Shown piece after piece: positions 13,123 to 25,123 of a stretch of 64,000 nucleotides of DNA. The notes beneath the pieces were generated by a model that was not told where the DNA came from, did no database searches, and saw only the letters and a list, made by a program, of their open reading frames with translations. The position numbers and the translations under genes were made by a program. The stretch is from Vezdaea acicularis (Eukaryota). Where the stretch lies: contig JAPEUI010000015.1 in assembly GCA_026025075.1 (NCBI GenBank), positions 62,001-126,000 on the forward strand. Reading direction: 5' to 3'. The stretch's first letter is position 1, and the number at the start of each line of letters is the position of its first letter.

Positions 13123-13654
13123 ATGGCCAATAACGAGAACGTCGACGTGACGCCCATCTCGCCCGTCCAGCGTCGCGATTCACTCGAGAAGCACCTGCAG
13201 CAGCGCCCAGACCCGCAGGACCTCAAAGACAAGAACATCTTGCTGGATACCAATGCGGCTCCGTATGCGAAGACACCAGGGCCCATCATTCGTTGTCGTG
13301 CTGGCTAATTGATATTTAGGGCATTGCAATCCGCGGCACAGGAGCTCAAACGTCAGCAAGCTACCGATAGCTTGAAGAAGGGGCTCGAGAAGCGGCCGGA
13401 GCGCGATGAGCTTGTCGAACGTAACAAACCACCGCTGAACCATTGAATACTGGGATGTAATGCTTACAGAGGCGCTAGGTAACATCCTACCGGACTCGAC
13501 TGCCGCGCCTGCGATTCAAGGGCAGCAGAAGGAGCTGGAGAAGCATATGCGCGCCGATAGTTTGAACGAAAAGCTGCAGCACAGACCAAATCCAGCGGAA
13601 TTGGTCAAGGAGGGGATTCTGCAGGATGAGGAGAACCCACTGAAAGAAGAGTAG
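13123..13654 (+). CDS. RPEL-repeat protein
   Basis: Repeated SLEKHLQQRPDPQDLKDKNIL / SLKKGLEKRPERDELVERNIL / SLNEKLQHRPNPAELVKEGIL; two short GT-AG introns. Confidence 0.88.
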
Positions 13655-13673
13655 ACTGGGCTGCTTAACAGGG

Positions 13674-13700
13674 GGAATCGGAATCGGAATCGGAATCGGA
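13674..13700 (+). repeat. (GGAATC)n microsatellite in the RPEL gene 3' UTR
   Basis: GGAATC x4 plus a partial copy, read directly. Confidence 0.9.
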
Positions 13701-13898
13701 CTGAAAATCGTTCAGATGGTTGTCATGTACTATATAGATTGATCATTGCGAGATGCAGGTATCTTCCACGCCTACGCCTGACATATGCGAATAATAGCCA
13801 AGGAAACGCCCCTATCCGGCCCACCATCCAATGCAATCAGTAGATCCTCTTCGATCGTTATCCTAGCTACCAGTTCTCGATCCACCAGGCATGTCACT

Positions 13899-15812
13899 TT
13901 ATGTCTTTCCCTGAGGGAAGAACAAGCGACGTTTCACCCCAGTTGCTGATGGACCGTCAGAAGCTTTCTTTCTCTTGAGATGATCTTTGCGTATGCTGTT
14001 GTCAACTGAGTCCACAGCCAAGCTCTCAGAGGCGGCTGACGTGCTCTTCACGGCCTCTTTTATTGCTCCGCGGGATAGACACAAGTCAATGTGATCATTG
14101 AACTCCTTATCATTGGGAGCCTGCGGCAGTTGACAGATGGGACAGTCCCAGGGCTCCTCCTGGGCGTCTAACCTAGCCTGGACCTTCTTGGGGGTTGGGT
14201 TCGGGTTAATCTCTTTGCCATGATGTCTCCTTTTCTCGAGCTCATCTAAGTACTCCTGGCTATAGATCGCCGTCTCCTCCATTTCATCCGCGCGTTCCTT
14301 CCGGACGGCCTCCTCGAATTCTTCTTCAGGCCAGACCTCCCACTCAGTTCCATCAGCTTCGACAGCAGTAGATTTTCTCTTCGTGCCTGCCTCCGTATCT
14401 GCGCTGATAGACGATTTTCCTCTCCCAAAGAAGTCCTTCTCTGGCTTTTTCATGCTCATCAAGTGCGTCAGTCGTAGTCCCATGAGTCGTAGCTTCAATC
14501 CCGGAAAGTCCTTCTCCAACTTCGTCAACATGGGCAAAGAGAAATGGTAAAGATCATTCGCTTGATAGATAGCTTTTGGCAGGACCACCTGCCGCGTCAG
14601 TACTTCATATGTGTGACGTTTCACCTTCAACACCAGCGTGCGTCCTTTGAACTGTGTCCTCGTAGCATCTTTCTCGAGCTCTTCCGCCGTCCAACGAAGC
14701 TGAGCCTGAAGCTTTTCTGTCCCCTCGATGTCTCGAAAGGTGCTTTCGGTCCCGACACTCTTCCGGACGTATTCTTCTGCAGGTCGTATGCAAGTCCGTC
14801 CAAGGCCCAAGTAGCAGTTTATCAAAAATTGGAATGCCTTCTCGCCGAAAAGTTTTAAGAGATACTGCCGTTCTTTGTAGATATCTCCACAGGTTTTGAT
14901 ACCAATAGCCTCGAGTTCTCGCTCAAAAACTCGCCCAACGCCGTTGCATTTACGTGTAGGCAAGTCTGCCATAAACGCCATAATGCTTGCTCTATCACTC
15001 GGCACTCGGAATTGCCCATTTGGTTTGTTCCTATTAGAAGCTATCTTCGCAAGTTTTGCGTTCGCTGCCAGGCCCGCGGATATCACAATACCTGTCTTTT
15101 CCACAACCTCCTGACGTAGCTGGCTTACAACATCTTCAGGATCCATTGTGTTTTCCTCACAGTACTTGGTGATATTCATGTAGGCCTCATCGATGCTCGA
15201 ACTCTCGAATCGCGGATCGTACTCGCACAGAACTTCGCGGACCTCATGCGCTTTCGCCGTATATTTATCGAAATCAAGCGGTAGGCATATGAGCTGCGGG
15301 CAGAGCTTCATAGCAACGAAGCCAGCCATCGCACTTCTGCAACCAAATTTGCGGGCGTGGTAGTTGCATGTGGTCAAGACGCCCTGGCCAACGGCCATAG
15401 GAACGTCCTTGAGTTCTGGCCGTTCCAGCTCCTCGCAAGCGGCATAGAACGCATCGCAATCTATGTGTACTATATGCTGTGATAGATCACGAGTAAGCTC
15501 TAGCTCTTCGATGTACTCATCGGCTTTACGGAGGTCGAAGGCGAGATCCAAATTCTCCAACTCCTGTTTCTTGGCTAGGATTCGTTCGATCTTCTGCGTG
15601 AGGTTTTTGTCCCTGACCACCTCGTTGTTGAAATACTTGGATCCTTTCGAAGCATTGTAGATGACCTCTGAGACCTTACTTTGGTCTACTGAGTCCTGCC
15701 CCGCCTTCGTGAGAGAGGGTCCGAGGAGATGGTATTTGAGGGTGTCGTGCTGCCCCACCACCTTCCCATCCACGATCACAGCGTCTGAAGGTGCGCTTTC
15801 CACAGCCATCAT
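13899..15812 (-). CDS. POLK: Y-family DNA polymerase kappa (DinB)
   Basis: HIDCDAFYA, CNYHARKFG and SIDEAY catalytic motifs; N-clasp (KAGQDSVD...YNASKGSKYF); RKSVGTESTF little finger; C-terminal UBZ zinc finger CPIC...HIDLC. First ATG at 15812. Confidence 0.93.
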   Translation of the reverse strand: MMAVESAPSDAVIVDGKVVGQHDTLKYHLLGPSLTKAGQDSVDQSKVSEVIYNASKGSKYFNNEVVRDKNLTQKIERILAKKQELENLDLAFDLRKADEYIEELELTRDLSQHIVHIDCDAFYAACEELERPELKDVPMAVGQGVLTTCNYHARKFGCRSAMAGFVAMKLCPQLICLPLDFDKYTAKAHEVREVLCEYDPRFESSSIDEAYMNITKYCEENTMDPEDVVSQLRQEVVEKTGIVISAGLAANAKLAKIASNRNKPNGQFRVPSDRASIMAFMADLPTRKCNGVGRVFERELEAIGIKTCGDIYKERQYLLKLFGEKAFQFLINCYLGLGRTCIRPAEEYVRKSVGTESTFRDIEGTEKLQAQLRWTAEELEKDATRTQFKGRTLVLKVKRHTYEVLTRQVVLPKAIYQANDLYHFSLPMLTKLEKDFPGLKLRLMGLRLTHLMSMKKPEKDFFGRGKSSISADTEAGTKRKSTAVEADGTEWEVWPEEEFEEAVRKERADEMEETAIYSQEYLDELEKRRHHGKEINPNPTPKKVQARLDAQEEPWDCPICQLPQAPNDKEFNDHIDLCLSRGAIKEAVKSTSAASESLAVDSVDNSIRKDHLKRKKASDGPSATGVKRRLFFPQGKT

Positions 15813-16363
15813 CCGAGATTTGTAAGCGCATGAAGATGTACTCCCGGCCAGTCTCTGCGCCAAATCTGGAATGTTTCCATCTTCTCGCCGGGTTGGTGTT
15901 GAAGTGTGCCTTGGGAAGACGCGAATTTTTGGTGATGAGCGCGTGAGCCAATCGGCTTGTCGGAGCCACTCTCATGTCTCGGAATCAACAAAACCAAACA
16001 TCATCAAGTGCCCATGCTGCCTGTAACTTGTCGACTCCAATTCCCGGCGCCAATTGCGATCTTCCACTCAGCTTAGATACCCATAAATCCCCATACGAAC
16101 AGAGCAAAGTTATCTATCAGCCTTTCTTCATCATCAGCTCAATTCATCTGCGCTAGATCTCCGCATCGCTAACTAGTGCCATATCAACAACACAACTACC
16201 CTTTGGCGACTCCATTTGCGATACGTCCCACAGCTCTCTACTACATAATACAACATTCGAAGGCACAAAATGAGCTGAAGTACTAAGCGCGAGCCTTTAG
16301 ACATGTTATGATGCGGGATTCGCCGTCATACCAGCCGATTTCCCGAGAATCAACGACCTGAAG

Positions 16364-18391
16364 ATGCCTCTCGAGAAACCGACTAGCAACTCGGGACGTC
16401 CTCTTATGCCCACCTTGAGTGCAAACAACAAAGCTCAAAAGGCTCCACTGACGCCTCGAGTGGTGGGCTCTACGACATCTCCGTTGTTGCGTCGCGGCGC
16501 TCCACAATTAGATACAACCCCGAAAGCGAACGGAAAGGAGGAGTTGTCGACCCCCATTAAGGCCTTTATTAGCGCAAACATCACCCCAAGATCATCCTCA
16601 AGGAAAGCTAAAATAGATAGCACCACGAGTACACCAACTGGTACACCTACTGGATCATCAACACCCTCCCAGCGTCCAAGCGAAGGCTCTGAGTCCACAC
16701 TGACCTTGAATGAAGATGGTGATAGCGAATCCGAGCAGTCCTTCTTAGAGACAGGAATAACCACAAAAAGCAGGCCCAGAAGCATGCTTAGCGATACAAA
16801 TGGGTCTGTGACATCGTATAACCCCGCAACCCCGCAGGCTGCATACGACCGCGCACGTAGCCAGAGCAAGGAGCGGGACTCTCCCAAGTTCTTCTACGCA
16901 AGCGACGCACGAGCTGGTCAGCAACGGACTGGGCCTTCCAGACCGCCATTCCATGGCAAGAGCTCAAGCTTTGTCTACGCCAATGGTATCCAGGATGAGT
17001 CGGCATCATCACCAACGAACACCAGGTCGCCCTTGGGTGCCGACTTGTCGTCGAAGTTCTTTCACGCGAATGGCACACCCGACCTTTCGCACGCAAACTC
17101 GTCGATATCATCAGCTTCTACCCCTCCCAACTTCGTCTCCCCACGCCTCGCCGCTTTCAGTCCTCATGCGCAGTCCCCACGTCCTCCTTCACCCTCAAAG
17201 TCGAACCCAAGGCTACACGCCACTGCTGCCAGAGGTCCACCTCTGGCATCTCCTCCAGTCATAAGGCCCAAAACGTCTCCCATGAGCATCAACACCAAAA
17301 CACCTACCCAAGCCGCCCGTCCACGCACTGCGCAAAACTCGCCAGCTCGAGCGGAGCAAGAGCAGCCGGGTAGCCGACGAAGCAGCCATGGACGTTCTGC
17401 CAGTGTCGGGTCAATTGACTCCAGTCCATCCATACGTAAGCTATCACGAGATAGCTCGGTGAGCTCTGGCATCGTCGCTGCGGCACAAACGGCCTCACCT
17501 TCACTAATCCTAGAAGAAGACGAAGCTCCCAGTCCCACCACCTCCCACGTTCTCGCCGTCCAAAGCAACCCCGCGCCGCGCGACCCACCTACAGCGCCCC
17601 GAGCCCCTGGCTCCGTCCCGCAATCACCCACCAAAGCTTTCGCAGTCCAAGGCGGTCTACAGGCAATGCAAGAACTGGCCGCAGCCGCCCGCCGAGAGCG
17701 CAAAGTCCAAGACCTTGAAATCAGTAACTCCTCCCTCCTAGCCATAAACCGAGCGCTCGAGCGCAAGATGCGCGACCAGTCCGCCGAACTGCGGCGCTTT
17801 CGCCGTCTGAGCCGCTCCGGACGTCTCTCCCTTGCCTCATCGGCTATAGGCGGGAGTATAGGCAACCTAGCGATCCTAACCGAAACCTCAGACCACTCTA
17901 CCTCCGAGTCGGAAGACGAGACGGAAGACGACTCGTTATCGTACTCGTCCGACGAGCCCGACGACGACAATGCCTCCTCCCTCTCGCCCTCCGCCCTCGC
18001 AGAGAGCGACGCGCGACACCGCTTCAAAGACGAGAAGCGCCTTAAGCTGGACCTGGCGAAGCATAAGCAGCAGCTGATCGATAGCCAGAAGATGAATCAG
18101 AGCATCAAGCGGTGTTTGGGATGGACGGAGGAGCTGATCAAGGACGGGAGGCGCGCGCTCGAGTATACCGTCAGAGTTAGTGATGTTGAACTCGGTGGGC
18201 GGGTATTGAGTCCGGATGAGGTGGAGGGTGTGGATGAGGAGGAGTTATATGGATTAGCGGGAGTGAGTAGCCGGCTTGAAGTTCTGGAAAGGGGAAACGT
18301 GGAGGCTGAGGAGAAGGAGAGCGGGGTCAAGTCAGAGGAGGCTGGGGAAGCTGGGCAGGAAGGGGAGAAGCAGGAGGAAGGTGGAGAGTAG
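16364..18391 (+). CDS. Uncharacterised Ser/Pro-rich protein with C-terminal coiled coil
   Basis: 675-aa intronless ORF with repeated KFFYA/FVYAN/KFFHAN motifs and a coiled-coil block ARRERKVQDLEISNSSLLAINRALE that I recall from filamentous-fungal hypothetical proteins. Confidence 0.8.
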   Translation: MPLEKPTSNSGRPLMPTLSANNKAQKAPLTPRVVGSTTSPLLRRGAPQLDTTPKANGKEELSTPIKAFISANITPRSSSRKAKIDSTTSTPTGTPTGSSTPSQRPSEGSESTLTLNEDGDSESEQSFLETGITTKSRPRSMLSDTNGSVTSYNPATPQAAYDRARSQSKERDSPKFFYASDARAGQQRTGPSRPPFHGKSSSFVYANGIQDESASSPTNTRSPLGADLSSKFFHANGTPDLSHANSSISSASTPPNFVSPRLAAFSPHAQSPRPPSPSKSNPRLHATAARGPPLASPPVIRPKTSPMSINTKTPTQAARPRTAQNSPARAEQEQPGSRRSSHGRSASVGSIDSSPSIRKLSRDSSVSSGIVAAAQTASPSLILEEDEAPSPTTSHVLAVQSNPAPRDPPTAPRAPGSVPQSPTKAFAVQGGLQAMQELAAAARRERKVQDLEISNSSLLAINRALERKMRDQSAELRRFRRLSRSGRLSLASSAIGGSIGNLAILTETSDHSTSESEDETEDDSLSYSSDEPDDDNASSLSPSALAESDARHRFKDEKRLKLDLAKHKQQLIDSQKMNQSIKRCLGWTEELIKDGRRALEYTVRVSDVELGGRVLSPDEVEGVDEEELYGLAGVSSRLEVLERGNVEAEEKESGVKSEEAGEAGQEGEKQEEGGE

Positions 18392-18884
18392 AGGTTGAAT
18401 ACACTCATAGGCGCACGGCTTGCTTCATCTTTAGCGGCGTTCTTGGGGACAGCTGCCAGCTTTATAGCTTGGCCTTTCTGGCGTTTTGGGAGCGCATATA
18501 TTGTACTATACCCTCGCCGCAATCGCGCATCAGCTATTGCGCAATAGATACCCCTCCCTGAAAAATCTTTGCGCCAAGTATCACAAGAGAAGAACTATAT
18601 CCGAGGGGAGGGGGCCTTTACCCGCCAATGAACAGAAAGATGTAGGCCCTGCCCTCAACGGGAATAGAGTGATATCTCCACGTTTCATCTCGGAGAAGAT
18701 CTTTTGGTGAAAGGTTGGGCATGTCATGTTCTGCAGGGTTGAATTTATGTCAGACCTATGCTCTCTCAAAGCCTAGCCGACACACTGACAAAAGAAAGGA
18801 GCAGAAGTAGTAGAGAAGCAGAAGGCTCAACCCAAAGAGACCGACCAAGAAGCCCACAGCCACCCCCAAACCATCCCGCAGTAG

Positions 18885-20687
18885 TCACGGGAGGGCACTG
18901 CCATGCCCGTTTCCATGCCCATGACCGTGTGATACGTGCTCTTGCGCGCTGCTGAAGGGTGGTTTTGCCTTCTTCTTTTCTTCCTTGTCTTTGCCTTTCT
19001 CCTTCTTGGCGGCGGCTTCGGCCATTAGTTGCTCGAAGGCCATGTAGTCGCCTTCTTCTTCGGGGTTGCGCTTTGCCTGGACGGGATTAGGATAGCTTTT
19101 GCGTAGTGGGGGGGTTTGTTAGGACTTACATGTTGGTAGATGGTTCCGGAGATGATGATGGCTTGCGCCCGTTCTTCCCGCTTGGATAGGGGTACGCTCT
19201 TGTCTAGGAGGATTTTGTCGCAGACGTCCCGCAGCACACTCTGGATCTCGAATTTGCTCCCCCGCCAAGCGGCACCTAGAATCTTGCCTGTGACTCGCCG
19301 TTCGTACTCTGCCTTCTTCTCGTCAGTCCAGTCTTCTCCACCCCTCTCCTCTGCTTTTGCCATCTCTTCCATTGTCATTTGAGCGTCGATGGCACTAGAG
19401 ATGGTGTTCCACGTGTCTTTGGCAAGAGTACCCTTGTCCTTCAACTTAGAAAAGAAACCTCCGAAGCCGAATAGCTTCTGCGACTTGAGGAACGAGCCAG
19501 CTTTTGAAACGTAGGTGGAGCCTACGGCGTGCAGAATTTCGAGACCGAAGGATTCCATCTTGAGATTCTCTACTTCGAGTTGGATCTTGTCCTGGAAAGC
19601 TTTTGTGACATCGGCCTTCTTGTCTCCCTCAGTCCAGATACTGATCCGATCTAGCAGCTTTTTAGCTAGCATGTCGACTCGCTCCTCCCGTATCTTCTTC
19701 CGCTCAAGCTCGTATGCAGCTAGTTGTTCCCGTTGCTCCTTGGAAAGACCCGTCTTCTTTTGTTTCCTCTTCAGTTCCTTCTCTTCTTCGGTCATGTTCT
19801 GCTCATCCATACGAGCTTCATCGTCAGACTTGTCCATGATAGCTTGACGCCCAGGTACTCTACCGGGTCGTGGAGTGGATGTTCCTGAGTTTGACGGACT
19901 TGGGCGGTATGGGATATCTTTGGGTGGTGGAGCAGATTGAGATTCGGCCGGACTCTCAACTGATATTCCCGGAGGTGGCGGTGCAGTATAGGTTACCTTT
20001 TCGGGTGCCGCCTCTGGTGCTGTGCTTGATGTGCTGGTGGTGCCTGTCGCCGAAGCAGCCTCATGTTTTACTGCAGCCGGAGATTCCTCCTCCTCATCTT
20101 TCATTGTTATGTCCATGGTTTTGGCTAAATCTTTCATGAGGGAGATTTCTCCGATTCTAAATACCCCAAATTAGCAAGGCATCTACCCTGTTTGAGGCGT
20201 ACTTACAGGTCTTTGAATGCATCGCCACCGAATATCATGCCAAAGAACTCTGCTGGGTCCTCTGAAGAGGTGTTAGCAACTTTGATGGAGCTCATTCAAT
20301 ACGAGCACTAACCAAAGCCCTTATCCGGGACAGCCTTATCCTTTCCATATCTGTCGTATTGTCTCCTGAGGTCTGGGTTGCTGAGGACTTGATATGCTTC
20401 GCCAATCTATGAAGTTTTAGTAAAGGTCTCCAATAAGACAGTGCGTGGCCTACAGCTTGAAATTTCTCGTGGGCTGTAGCGTCTCCAGGATTTTTATCTA
20501 GTGGGGCACCGTGAATTAGTACTAAGTTCGTTCGGCGCCAGCCAGTATACAGGTCATAGAGAAATGACCTACCAGGATGATGAATGATCGCGAGCCTTCT
20601 ATAAGCCTTCTTAATCTCAAGGTCTGAAGCAGTCACCGGTACGTTCAGAGCTTCATAGTATGTCGTATCCACAACCTTGTGCGCCAT
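18885..20687 (-). CDS. J-domain (Hsp40) protein with DnaJ-X domain, Djp1/Caj1-like
   Basis: [11 protein letters not shown]...[20 protein letters not shown] domain; [15 protein letters not shown] and [22 protein letters not shown]. About five introns; the last exon [25 protein letters not shown]...ALP ends with TGA at 18887-18885. Confidence 0.88.
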
Positions 20688-21432
20688 GATGGGTGCCAAG
20701 GAAAGTGGAGATAGGAGATGAGTTCGCTGATTTGGATCAAAGACCCCAAGGAAATATCGTTATTGCCAGAGCTTAGCGGTTGGATAAAGAATGGGGGAGA
20801 AGGTGGACCGCAGCAAGGTCGCCGCGTAAGGCTGATGGTAGGTAGGCGTGATTTTCGCGGTTGCATCCGTCTCTGACGTTGTGTCGTCTCGGATAATTCC
20901 AAAGACAAATATCACATGCATTATAATGATACGACCAGCTACAGATGTTTTGCATATTCGCAGCAACCATGGTCGATGGAATAGAATCGCCATACCCTTA
21001 TAAGACCCATGAACATCCGGCGCGAATAGCGGAAGGTCGCCAGATTCCAGTCAAGAATTAGGTTTGAAAGTTGGTAGATCGTTACAAGCATGGTGTGTAT
21101 GTTTTAGTTGAATATAGCTATGTACTCAGGATTCGATCCTGTCTAACGTAGGGTACAATGTCTTTACAAGAGGCCCAGTCAGCCATCCCTTATAAGTAAT
21201 AACAATAAGCTAGATACCAGAAATAGCAGGTAAAATATGCATCTCTCATGTAGTCCAAGAACGCCGCCCTCGACTGAACCGAAAGTTCATCATCACATGC
21301 ATTGAGTTCATGCTGATAAAACGTTTCATTCGCCCGAGTTGATTGCCTTCTTCACACTCCAGTCTCGTCTTTGTTTAACGCCAGATACCGTAAAAATCTA
21401 TTCAAAGACCAAGATGAACCCAAAATAATGCG

Positions 21433-22500
21433 CTAACGCTGCGAAAGCTGGGTGTAGACGGCCGCACCGCCAACAGCCAATACAATGCCAATGGCGTCTT
21501 GGAAGGTGAGGACTCTTCCATCGCTGACCCAGCCCAAGCCGAGGATGATGATAGTCTTCAGGTTAGAGGCAACGTTGAATGTCAGGGCGGACATGCGTCC
21601 AATTATCATGAACTGTGAGAGGTTGAGTAGACTGGCCACAACTCCAGAGAGAAGAAGGTTCATAAGCACATTGGTCGGCACCGTCCGGAGATCCGTGATC
21701 GTATCGAAGAATGGCACGACGAATGCGAGAAGCACAATCGACAACGGAGCCTGGTTCATCAGAAGCTGAGAACTAGAGACCTTGAAGTCCTGCAACTTCT
21801 TTCCGATCCAGATTTGATAAAGCGCTGTGACAGTGAAAGCACCAACAGCAATGAGGACTCCGAGTATATTACTGTCCTTGGCGTTCGAGTTGGTAAGAAC
21901 GACACCGAAACAGACAGCGAAGAGCGCGACGCAGATCGCGAGAGTGACTGTCTTCCGGAAGATTAGGAAATTCAGAAGGACAACGGTAGGCGTTGTCATA
22001 ATCTTGGCCAGCTGATAGAACCCCACACCGTTGAGGGCTAAGCTCAGGTTATTCAGGATCAGAAACCCGGCGAAGAAGCTGCATAGGGGGATCATCTTGA
22101 CAATTGGTAGGCGCACTGGCGTGAACAGATTGAAGGGCTTGTGACAGGCGATCCATAGGACAATGGCAGTACAAGCAAAATGCCACATGGCAAAGCATAT
22201 CTGCATCTGGCGGAGCTGCGGGTCACGGAATATGCTGATTTGCGCGTGTCAGCAAAGACCGTGCTTCCTGGGGAGATTGTAAACCTACGACTTGTTCAAG
22301 AAAACAATGCCGACCGTTGATGCCGTATTCAGTGTAATACAGAACGCGTTGATCGCCTTCTCTCGAAGGCTACCCGCTGATACATCGCGGACTTTTGCTA
22401 CCCCAGTAGGAGAACCCGGCTCCACGTCTTCGCTCAGTAATCCAATACGCGCGTCTTTCGATTTCTCCTCATCGGAAAAGCTATCGGATCGGTCAGTCAT
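21433..22500 (-). CDS. Nucleotide-sugar/triose-phosphate transporter family (SLC35E-like)
   Basis: STVGIVFLNK, NNLSLALNGVGFYQLAKIMTTP and SALTFNVASNLKT motifs; multiple TM segments; one intron near 22289-22236. Confidence 0.88.
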
Positions 22501-23152
22501 TGCTGAAAAGAGTGTTGTAAGATGCTTGAGCGAGTGAACAGGTGGGGAGTAAGTGGTGGCTGAGGGGCATAGAAATATATATACGAGGGTATGGTGAGGA
22601 CCGGTTGGGAATGCGCCCGTGCTTTTTGCTCTATAGTCTCCTTGCTTCTCCACTCATTTGACCCAAGAATTGTCGTCGCACTCACCCCACTACCCTGTGA
22701 AAGACTGCTCAGTAGTGTAGGTGAGGGAGGTTGAAGTTGACGGACGACGTCGTACTCAGGGGCGGAGATCTAGTAAGCCGGCTGCAGCTCGGCGCATTTA
22801 ACTTTAGGAGAGCGCAACGCATAATCGTTGCGACGGGCGACTTACGAGGTGATTGGCTCAGAGACGGTCTTGGCACGGAGCACTCTCAAGGTCCTACGTC
22901 AAAGGTCTGGGGCCAAAAGCGAAGTTCGCGGTCAGGCCACACGGCAAGCGGCGCTGCCGTACAAATGTAAGCTGTAAAACAATGCTCAATCCTTCCAGAT
23001 CTCGAAACGGCGCATTGACACCTCTAATTTGACCTCGTCCTATATTTCTACTCTCCCATGCATTGTTGCTCATGAAAGTGCCTCGTGCAATTCTTCTGAC
23101 ACTGCCGCTCAAGGACCCATACAGGGTTCTACTCTGATCTGACCTTGGCAAG

Positions 23153-24670
23153 ATGGGTGTGCTAGGAAATGCTCTTTATTACATGTGGCATATGGGGGAG
23201 TTAAGGGCTATCTTCCAATGGTATGCTCCAAACGCCGCTTCTTAATGCTTGTGTTAGAGTAACCCCAATTCCCACAGGAAAATCTGGCATCAAGCGGTCC
23301 ATGAGCGAGATGAGGAGAAGGAGCCAATCAGCCTGAGAAGATGTTTCGATTACTTGGAGAAGACAAGCAGGAGCTTCAGCGCAGTCATCCAAGAGCTTCA
23401 CCCTGAGCTCCTCGTTCCGGTCACACTCTTCTACCTTATATTAAGGGGTTTAGACACAGTTGAAGATGACATGACAATTCCGATAGACGTGAAAGAGCCC
23501 ATCTTAAGAGACTTTGACAATGTCATTGAGAAGGAGGGGTGGAACTTCACCGGGAATGGGCCTGAGGAGAGGGATCGGGATTTATTAGTCAACTTCAATG
23601 TGGTGATAGAAGAATTCCTGAAGATTAAACCCGCATACCGCGAGATTATTAGGGACATCACAAAAAAGATGGGGAATGGTATGGCCGACTATGCGAGCAA
23701 CGCCGAACATAATCGCGGAATAAATTCAGTGAAGGAATATGAGGAATACTGCCATTATGTCGCGGGGCTCGTCGGAGAAGGTCTGACGCGCCTCTTTGTC
23801 GAAAGTAAACTTGCGAACCCTGCCCTTCTCGAACGACCACATCTTCAGGAATCAATGGGTCAATTCCTACAGAAAACAAACATCATTCGTGATATCCGCG
23901 AGGACTGGGACGACAAGCGGAGGTTCTGGCCCAAGGAGATCTGGTCCAAGTACGTGGATAGTTTTGAGGATCTGTTTGATCCCAAGAACGAAGAAGCTGC
24001 TTTGAACTGCTCCTCAGACATGGTGCTCAATGCACTTGTTCATGCTGACGAGTGCCTCTTCTACCTCGCCGGCTTGAAGGAGCAGAGCGTTTTCAACTTC
24101 GCCGCCATCCCCCAGTCCATGGCCATTGCCACCCTTGAGCTCGTCTTCCGAAACCCCAAGATTTTCCATCAAAACGTCAAGATTACCAAGGGCCAGGCTT
24201 GTGCGCTCATGGTGGCATCATCGCAAAACTTAAGACTGGTCTGCGATTCTTTCAAAACGTATACTCGCAAGATACAAAAGAAGAATACCCCCAAAGACCC
24301 GAACTTCTTAAAAATCAGCGTCGCTTGCGGCAAGATCGAGCAATTCATCGAAAGCATTTTCCCCACCCAAGACCCCAAGATACTTACCGAGAAAGCTGTA
24401 GCGCAGGCGGATGCTGCTGTGAGCCCGGAGCAAGCGGCGAAAATGGCCGAAGAGAAGAAAGATACGCTTATCATGCTGGCTATCGTTTTCCTCTCCTTGT
24501 TCCTCCTGTCCTCTCTATTCGTACGTGATACATTCCAACCTCCAGATTACTCACGCAACGTCTAACCAGCATAGATTCTCATCGCTTGGTACCTGGGCGC
24601 ACGTTTCGACTTGGCCTACGATGAGCTCAAGGCGCGCAACCCGCTGGGCTCAAAAGTCCGGGAGCTCTGA
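23153..24670 (+). CDS. ERG9: Squalene synthase
   Basis: [41 protein letters not shown] and [13 protein letters not shown] motifs; C-terminal TM segment; introns at about 23221-23277 and 24521-24574. Confidence 0.96.
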
Positions 24671-25123
24671 AGGGCAGCATACTTCCGATACGGCAGCTAG
24701 AACCCCCTTGTGTTGCTGTGATGTACTATAATGTACATTACAGGTGGTCTTAGTGTCTATATGGCATTTTTCATTTCCGGTGTTCTATTGAGCGTGGCCG
24801 AATTTCAAATTCTAATGATGAAACCGTGGCCCTTCCCTTGATTGTACCGCATAACGTGAACCCTCTCCTCCTCAGCAGCAGCTCAAGCTCTATCTTTCAC
24901 CTTTTCGGCAAACCCCTATCACAGACCTAGCACGGATGTCAAATTGCAACCCAGTCCCTCCCTTCGATGACTGTTGTTGTGCCGAAGATGTGCTTATATC
25001 GAAGCTCGAGCAATGCTCTTATAGGTCGACGACTTTTAACCTGCCTCGCGCTTCTGTCGTCGGGTTTGGGCTGCTCACATCCACTTCCTTCGATACCGCG
25101 AGTGTTGCAGAAATTGGAAGGTG

